Shown here: positions 59,793 through 64,000 of the stretch, piece after piece
Layout: each line of letters opens with the position of its first letter
Position numbering within the stretch: the stretch's first letter is position 1
Origin: Vicinamibacteria bacterium
Lineage (GTDB): Bacteria; Acidobacteriota; Vicinamibacteria; Fen-336; JAGNNV01
Direction: 5' to 3'
NCBI GenBank assembly: GCA_031412915.1
Contig: JANODX010000123.1
Coordinates: 61,182-125,181, forward strand
DNA length: 64,000 bases
Program-made: the position numbers and the translations under genes
The notes under the pieces: generated by a model
What the model was told of the DNA's origin: nothing
What the model saw: only the letters and a program-made list of their open reading frames with translations
Database searches by the model: none

Positions 59793-61396
59793 GACTCCCC
59801 CCTCGCAACTTCCCGAAAGATCACGCGCCGGCCGAAAGCATCCTGGAAGAAGTCGCTGCGCGCGAGTGTGGCCAGCCGTTCCATGGTCAGGTCGCCCGCC
59901 CCTTCCACTTCCAGGGCGATGACCGAGCCCTCCTGCCTCACCCGGAGGTTCTTGACCTTCTGCTGATGGTCGGAGTCGAGGGCATTGGCGAGGCGCAGGA
60001 TGGCGGCCAGCTTGTTGACCACGATCTTGGCCTCCCGATCGAGGGCCATGTAGGGAATGTGGGAGCGCTGGGGAAGGCCCCGCCGGTGATAGCGGGCGAT
60101 GTTCGAAACCACCAGAAGATCGTCGCGCGACAACCCGAAGATCTCCGCAGCCGAGATCAGATACTGGGAATGCTTGTGATGGGCCCGAAGGTTCACGAAC
60201 AGTCCGATGTCGTGGAGGAGGGCGGCGACCTCCAGGAGAAGGCGATCGCGCGGATCGAGACCGTGCTCCGACTTAAGTTCGTCAAAGAGGCGCAGGGACA
60301 CGAAGGCGATGTGGCGCGCGTGCCTGGCGTCGTAGTTGTACTTCTCCCCCAGGGCATGAGCGCTGGCCAGAACCTGGCGGGAGAAGCCTTCGAGCCCAAG
60401 CCCTGCCTCCGAGCGGGCGAGATCGAAGATCAGGCCATGCCGCAGGGTGGCGTTCGAAACCGTGATGGTGAGAGCCTTAGTGGCTCGGACGAGTTCCGAG
60501 TAGACGAGGAGGGCCGGGGTCAGGGTCTCGGCTTCGGCCTGGGACAGGTTGTACGCGCCGAGTATGGTGTCGACGTCCTTGGCCGCTATCTCGCCGCAAA
60601 CCTTGAGGAAAGCCTCGCGGGGAATGGCCGACGACGGCTGGGCCTCTCCTGATCCCAGCACCCGGGCCACCAGACGAGCATCGGCGCCCAGGGCAATGAA
60701 GTGTTTCACCTGGTCCAGCGGGAGTTCGCGGCGGATGTCCGCGATGACGTTCTTGATGTGCCGAAGGATGAGCCGCTGGAAGTGCGCGGACGTGCCCTGA
60801 AACGCGGCGAAGCTCTGTCGCAATCGGATCGATCCGATGGCGTAGGTTCCCGAGTGGGTCGGCTCGCCTTCATGCAGGGTTGAAAGGTCCGCGCTGCCTC
60901 CGCCCACCTCCGCAACCAGGCAGGTTTCGGTCGCGATCTCGGGCATGGATTTGAGCGACTCGCGGATCGCGAGGTAGGTCAACCGGTTCTCTTCCGAGCC
61001 ATCGATGACCTCGACGTCGATCCCGGTCCGAACCCGGATACGGTCGAGGACGGTGTCGCGGTTGGTGGCCTCGCGGAGGGCGGAAGTGGCGACGGCGCGG
61101 TACCGAACCACCCCGAAGGTATCCATGATCGCCCGGAAGCCCTCCATGGCCTTCAGCACCGCTTCGACGGTGGGCTGGCCGATGCGGCCGCTGGTGAAAG
61201 CGTCCTTGCCGATGAGAACGCCGCGTGAGGCCTCTTCGACGATCCGCATGGAGTCGCCCTCACCTTCGGCGATGATCAGGCGAACCGCCGAGGCGCCGAG
61301 GTCCAGAGCCGCGAATGGCTTGGGCAACTCCTTGGGCGGCGGGGGGGCGTCGTCCTTGGGCTTTCGGGTGAGGGTTCGCTTGCGGGGGGCGGCCAT
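59789..61396 (-). CDS. ppx: exopolyphosphatase / guanosine pentaphosphate phosphohydrolase (Ppx/GppA) with C-terminal HD domain
   Basis: ASKHA fold (LDLGASAVRL, IDGSEENR) plus HD motif (HDIGLFVNLRAHHKHS). Overlaps the ppk start by 4 nt. Confidence 0.9.
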   Translation of the reverse strand: MAAPRKRTLTRKPKDDAPPPPKELPKPFAALDLGASAVRLIIAEGEGDSMRIVEEASRGVLIGKDAFTSGRIGQPTVEAVLKAMEGFRAIMDTFGVVRYRAVATSALREATNRDTVLDRIRVRTGIDVEVIDGSEENRLTYLAIRESLKSMPEIATETCLVAEVGGGSADLSTLHEGEPTHSGTYAIGSIRLRQSFAAFQGTSAHFQRLILRHIKNVIADIRRELPLDQVKHFIALGADARLVARVLGSGEAQPSSAIPREAFLKVCGEIAAKDVDTILGAYNLSQAEAETLTPALLVYSELVRATKALTITVSNATLRHGLIFDLARSEAGLGLEGFSRQVLASAHALGEKYNYDARHARHIAFVSLRLFDELKSEHGLDPRDRLLLEVAALLHDIGLFVNLRAHHKHSQYLISAAEIFGLSRDDLLVVSNIARYHRRGLPQRSHIPYMALDREAKIVVNKLAAILRLANALDSDHQQKVKNLRVRQEGSVIALEVEGAGDLTMERLATLARSDFFQDAFGRRVIFREVARGES

Positions 61397-61506
61397 GAAC
61401 CTCTCAGTTTAGTCCTCCTGGACGGCGGCCCGGCCCCGTTCTCCGGCGCCCCTGAGGCGAATGGTTTAAGCGTCCTGTTGTGCGGAGTGGGAGATACTGC
61501 AGATCC

Positions 61507-62103
61507 ATGACCGCCCGCATTGCCCCTCTCGACGAACCTCTGAATCGTTTTCTCGAACTCTTCGAAAAAGCCAGGAAGGTGGAGGCCAACGACGCGACGG
61601 CGGTGGCGCTCGCCACCGCGACCATGCACGGGCGCCCCTCCCTGCGCATGGTGCTGCTGAAGGACTTCGATCTCCGCGGCTTCGTGTTCTTCACCAACTA
61701 TCAAAGCCGTAAGGCCACGGAACTCGAATCCAATTCCCAGGCCGCGATGACGTTCTACTGGCCCGGGATGCATGTGCAGGTGAGAGTCGAAGGCACGGTG
61801 GACCGGGTGAGCGCCGAAGAATCGGACGCCTACTTCGACTCCCGCCCGGTCGGGCACCGGCTCGGGGCGTGGTCTTCCGATCAATCGCGCGAGATCGAGT
61901 CGAAGGCGGATCTTTTCGCGAAGTTCGAGGAGGTCGAGAGGCGCTTCGCCGGCCACGAGGTTCCAAGACCCGCCCACTGGGGCGGCTATCGAATCACGCC
62001 GGAGTCGATCGAGTTCTGGTTCGGCAAGGAAAACCGGATGCACGAGCGCGATATCTACACCCGGGCAGGAAACGGCTGGACGGTGAAGCTGCTGCAGCCG
62101 TAG
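61507..62103 (+). CDS. pdxH: pyridoxamine 5'-phosphate oxidase
   Basis: RMVLLKDFDLRGFVFFTNYQSRKA...FYWP...IEFW...RLHDR-like C-terminus. ATG at 61507 (the ORF track's earlier ATG adds 9 aa). Confidence 0.9.
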   Translation: MTARIAPLDEPLNRFLELFEKARKVEANDATAVALATATMHGRPSLRMVLLKDFDLRGFVFFTNYQSRKATELESNSQAAMTFYWPGMHVQVRVEGTVDRVSAEESDAYFDSRPVGHRLGAWSSDQSREIESKADLFAKFEEVERRFAGHEVPRPAHWGGYRITPESIEFWFGKENRMHERDIYTRAGNGWTVKLLQP

Positions 62104-62171
62104 CTCCTCCGCTCCCATTGCGAGCGCAGGGCGGACTATGTCCGTGACTGTTTGGAAGAACGCGGCCCAAC

Positions 62172-62262
62172 GGACCCTGAGCCTGTCGAAGGGTGGACCC
62201 TGAGCCTGCGTGCGCTGAGCTGGTCGAAGCGTCGAAGGGTGGACCCTGAGCCTGTCGAAGGG
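62172..62262. repeat. REP-like interspersed repeat cluster (same family as 40806-40962, opposite orientation) downstream of pdxH
   Basis: GGACCCTGAGCCTGTCGAAGGG, TGGACCCTGAGCCTGCGTGCGCTGAGCTGGTCGAAGCGTCGAAGGG and TGGACCCTGAGCCTGTCGAAGGG are reverse complements of the 40.8-kb units. Confidence 0.85.
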
Positions 62263-62339
62263 CTCTCGGAGGTGTTTCTCAGGAGCGGAGGGATCTCCAA
62301 GTGAACAACAAGCATCTTCAACCCACCTATGCCGAATTG

Positions 62340-63949
62340 CCGTCACCATCACAGGCCCAACCCGCGGGTCCCAAGGGCGAGGCGGGCATGCCCTCCGGCG
62401 GGACCGCTCCTCACCTCGGGCTGAACCACGAAACTCCGGAATCGCTACTCGGCTCGTCGCTTAGTTGGGCGGAAGGTTCAGACAGACACCGGCGACTCCG
62501 CCCAAAATCCCGCAGGATGGGCACGCCCGCCTCACCCACGGGACCCGCTCCATTCTCATGGCTGGCACGAGGATCAGATAGCACCAAGGAAGCAGTCGAG
62601 GCGGCCGGCGAGCATCGACCCAACGGTGATCGAAAGGATTCAGCGTACGATAGTCATTGGGGCTCGTCAATGAACCACCCACTCAGCCGGAAGAATTGCA
62701 AGCCCGCAGTCGGCCAGAAGTTTGCAGCTGGCGGGGACGACTACCTCGTCGCAGGCAAACTCGGGAATGGCGCTGTGGGCCTCGTACGGAAGGTCCGGCG
62801 ACAACGCGATGGTCGTGGCTTCGCAATGAAGCTGCTGGCACCAGATCCCAAGTACATCGACGTTGAGGCGTTCGACGACGTTGCCGCCCGATTCAAACGC
62901 GAGGGCGAGCGTGGGACGAAGCTGGAACACCGGGGTCTCGTGGGGGTAGAGGCGTACGTTGAGAATGCCAACGGCAGCGCGTTCGCTCTTCGGCGACCGA
63001 GCAATCCTTTCATTGTCATGGAATGGGTGCGAGGCTCCACGCTGGAAAGCCATATCAGAAGGGAGGAGCGACGGCGCGTTGAGAAGAACGAGCGTAGGAG
63101 CTTCTTCGTGACGCCCGAAAGGCTTTCGATCGCCATCGAAGTCGTGGGTGCGCTCCGCTATCTGCACCAGAAGAAGCTGGTTCATCGCGATGTCAAGCCC
63201 GCCAACATCTTCTTGCCGCCGGTAAACGACATCTCCCGCCGCCGTGCCAAGCTTGGCGATTTCGGGATTATGAAATGGGGTGACTTCCAAGCCTCGATCA
63301 GCAGCGGGACCTTGACGGTTACGACGCAACGAGGCCTTGGCACACTCAAGTACATGTCGCCTGAGCAGGCTCTTGCCCCGAAAGACGTCACGGTTCGTAG
63401 CGACGTCTACTCGCTTGGTATCACCCTCTTCGAGCTCTTCACAACGCAGATCCTTCCAACGCCTCACCACGTTTTTGAGGTGCTGAACGCACGCCTCACC
63501 CGGGGAACCACGACCAGCCGCTATATGGTCATGGGCTACGCTCTCAGTGCCGAGGATGCGGGCGTCGCCGAACTTGTCATGGACATGCACCTCCGAGGTG
63601 CCTCTGGAAGACCCCCGATAGACAAGGTTGCAGGCCGACTCGTCTGGGAATGGGAACAGCGGACCGGGTCGGAGTGGTAGTTGGTCCCTGCTGCCTTGGC
63701 CTCGCGGGTTGGTCAAGAGCCCCAGCCACAAGAATGGAGCGGTTCCCGGGGGCGAGGCGGGCGTGCCCATCCTGCGGGATTTTGGGCCCGAGTCGCCGGA
63801 TTCCGTCAGCGGTGTTCGGGCCCAATAAGCGACGAGCCGAGTAGCGATTCCGGAGTCTCGCCGTTCAGCCCGAGGTGAGGAGCGCTCCCGCTGGAGGGCA
63901 TGCCCGCCTCGCCCTTGGGAACCGCGGGTTGGGCCTGTGATGGTGACGG
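62340..63949. mobile_element. 1.6-kb foldback/MITE-like composite element: about 228-bp imperfect terminal inverted repeats (62340-62565 and 63722-63949) enclosing a single Ser/Thr kinase gene
   Basis: The reverse complement of 62340-62565 aligns with 63722-63949 at roughly 85-90 % identity over the outer about 90 bp and inner about 70 bp, with a diverged middle. Sharp outer termini CCGTCACCATCACAGGCCCAACCCGCGGG. No transposase inside. Confidence 0.6.
62670..63680 (+). CDS. standalone eukaryotic-like Ser/Thr protein kinase (336 aa) carried between the inverted repeats
   Basis: GKLGNGAVGLV (G-loop), AMK, HRDVKPANIF, KLGDFG, KYMSPEQ, DVYSLG are all present. The ORF track's upstream extension (from GTG 62301) runs through the left inverted repeat and is low-complexity, so I start at ATG 62670. 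Confidence 0.8.
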   Translation: MNHPLSRKNCKPAVGQKFAAGGDDYLVAGKLGNGAVGLVRKVRRQRDGRGFAMKLLAPDPKYIDVEAFDDVAARFKREGERGTKLEHRGLVGVEAYVENANGSAFALRRPSNPFIVMEWVRGSTLESHIRREERRRVEKNERRSFFVTPERLSIAIEVVGALRYLHQKKLVHRDVKPANIFLPPVNDISRRRAKLGDFGIMKWGDFQASISSGTLTVTTQRGLGTLKYMSPEQALAPKDVTVRSDVYSLGITLFELFTTQILPTPHHVFEVLNARLTRGTTTSRYMVMGYALSAEDAGVAELVMDMHLRGASGRPPIDKVAGRLVWEWEQRTGSEW

Positions 63950-64000
63950 AGCAACCCGACCAAGGGAGCCGGGTGTGCCTGACAAACCTGCGCAGAACCT

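Noticed and set aside
62301-62669. N-terminal 123-aa extension of the kinase ORF (GTG 62301)
   Set aside because: The extension is encoded by the left inverted repeat, is low-complexity, and its counterpart in the right repeat is frame-broken by indels. The kinase G-loop lies 25 aa after ATG 62670.
62411-63878. Small ORFs inside the inverted repeats (62411..62623 -, 63628..63828 +, 63681..63878 +) sharing SDEPSSDSGVS.FSPR / GEAGVPILRDFG
   Set aside because: Shared peptides simply reflect the inverted-repeat DNA. Indels shift the frame between conserved blocks, so a conserved protein-coding gene is unlikely; treated as non-coding repeat arms.

Overview
This is a high-GC (about 65 %) bacterial chromosomal window. 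The lineage cannot be fixed from sequence alone. It is probably a Gram-negative soil bacterium, possibly Acidobacteriota/Gemmatimonadota-like: it carries a full KDO biosynthesis cluster, many Ser/Thr kinases, a Fis-type regulator, and GGAGG ribosome-binding sites. Gene density is high and most genes are housekeeping. Reading left to right:
- **1-2.2 kb:** a GAF-Fis regulator operon with two membrane proteins.
- **2.2-5.4 kb:** tkt-rpiB and a secreted SnoaL-like protein.
- **5.4-8.0 kb:** sppA, a TPR membrane protein and tRNA-Arg(CCT).
- **8.1-11.6 kb:** apt, a tandem-domain sulfatase and acyP.
- **11.6-14.8 kb:** tRNA-Pro(CGG), a 5'-truncated HigA antitoxin remnant, and a 911-aa Ser/Thr kinase with TPR repeats.
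- **15-25 kb:** a Rieske oxygenase, EamA and CDF transporters, a GHMP kinase, prolyl aminopeptidase, and an NPP / ABC / amidohydrolase operon.
- **25-31 kb:** a galactoside cluster (secreted GH42 beta-galactosidase, divergently galK-galT, and a Kelch-repeat lipoprotein) with an unusual AT-rich palindromic operator-like region between them.
- **32.3-37.8 kb:** a compositionally distinct block (about 70 % GC, very high GC3) encoding hydantoinase, a DUF, an MBL hydrolase and a TAT-secreted M20 peptidase. It is bounded by gene fragments (a hemolysin-III C-terminus and an FtsX-like C-terminus) and abuts the 3' end of tRNA-Pro(GGG). This looks like a decayed genomic island, or an assembly chimera.
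- **38-49.6 kb:** merR-ihfA-der, ihfB, priA, a family-4 UDG, a HAD hydrolase and kdsB-pyrG-kdsA-kdsD.
- **49.6-61.4 kb:** a 12-kb co-directional minus-strand gene string: ppx, ppk1, a GT-C-like membrane protein, an SDR, a 138-bp tandem repeat, a DoxX-like DUF, a small membrane protein, glutaminyl cyclase, a non-canonical radical-SAM enzyme and a FAD monooxygenase.
- **61.5-62.1 kb:** pdxH.
- **62.3-63.95 kb:** a 1.6-kb element with about 228-bp imperfect terminal inverted repeats enclosing a standalone eukaryotic-like Ser/Thr kinase gene. This is the most unusual structure in the window.

A short interspersed REP-like repeat family occurs after ihfB and, inverted, after pdxH. No CRISPR array, rRNA, transposase or integrase was seen. 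Many long ORFs in the supplied track are antisense or out-of-frame artefacts of the high GC content.
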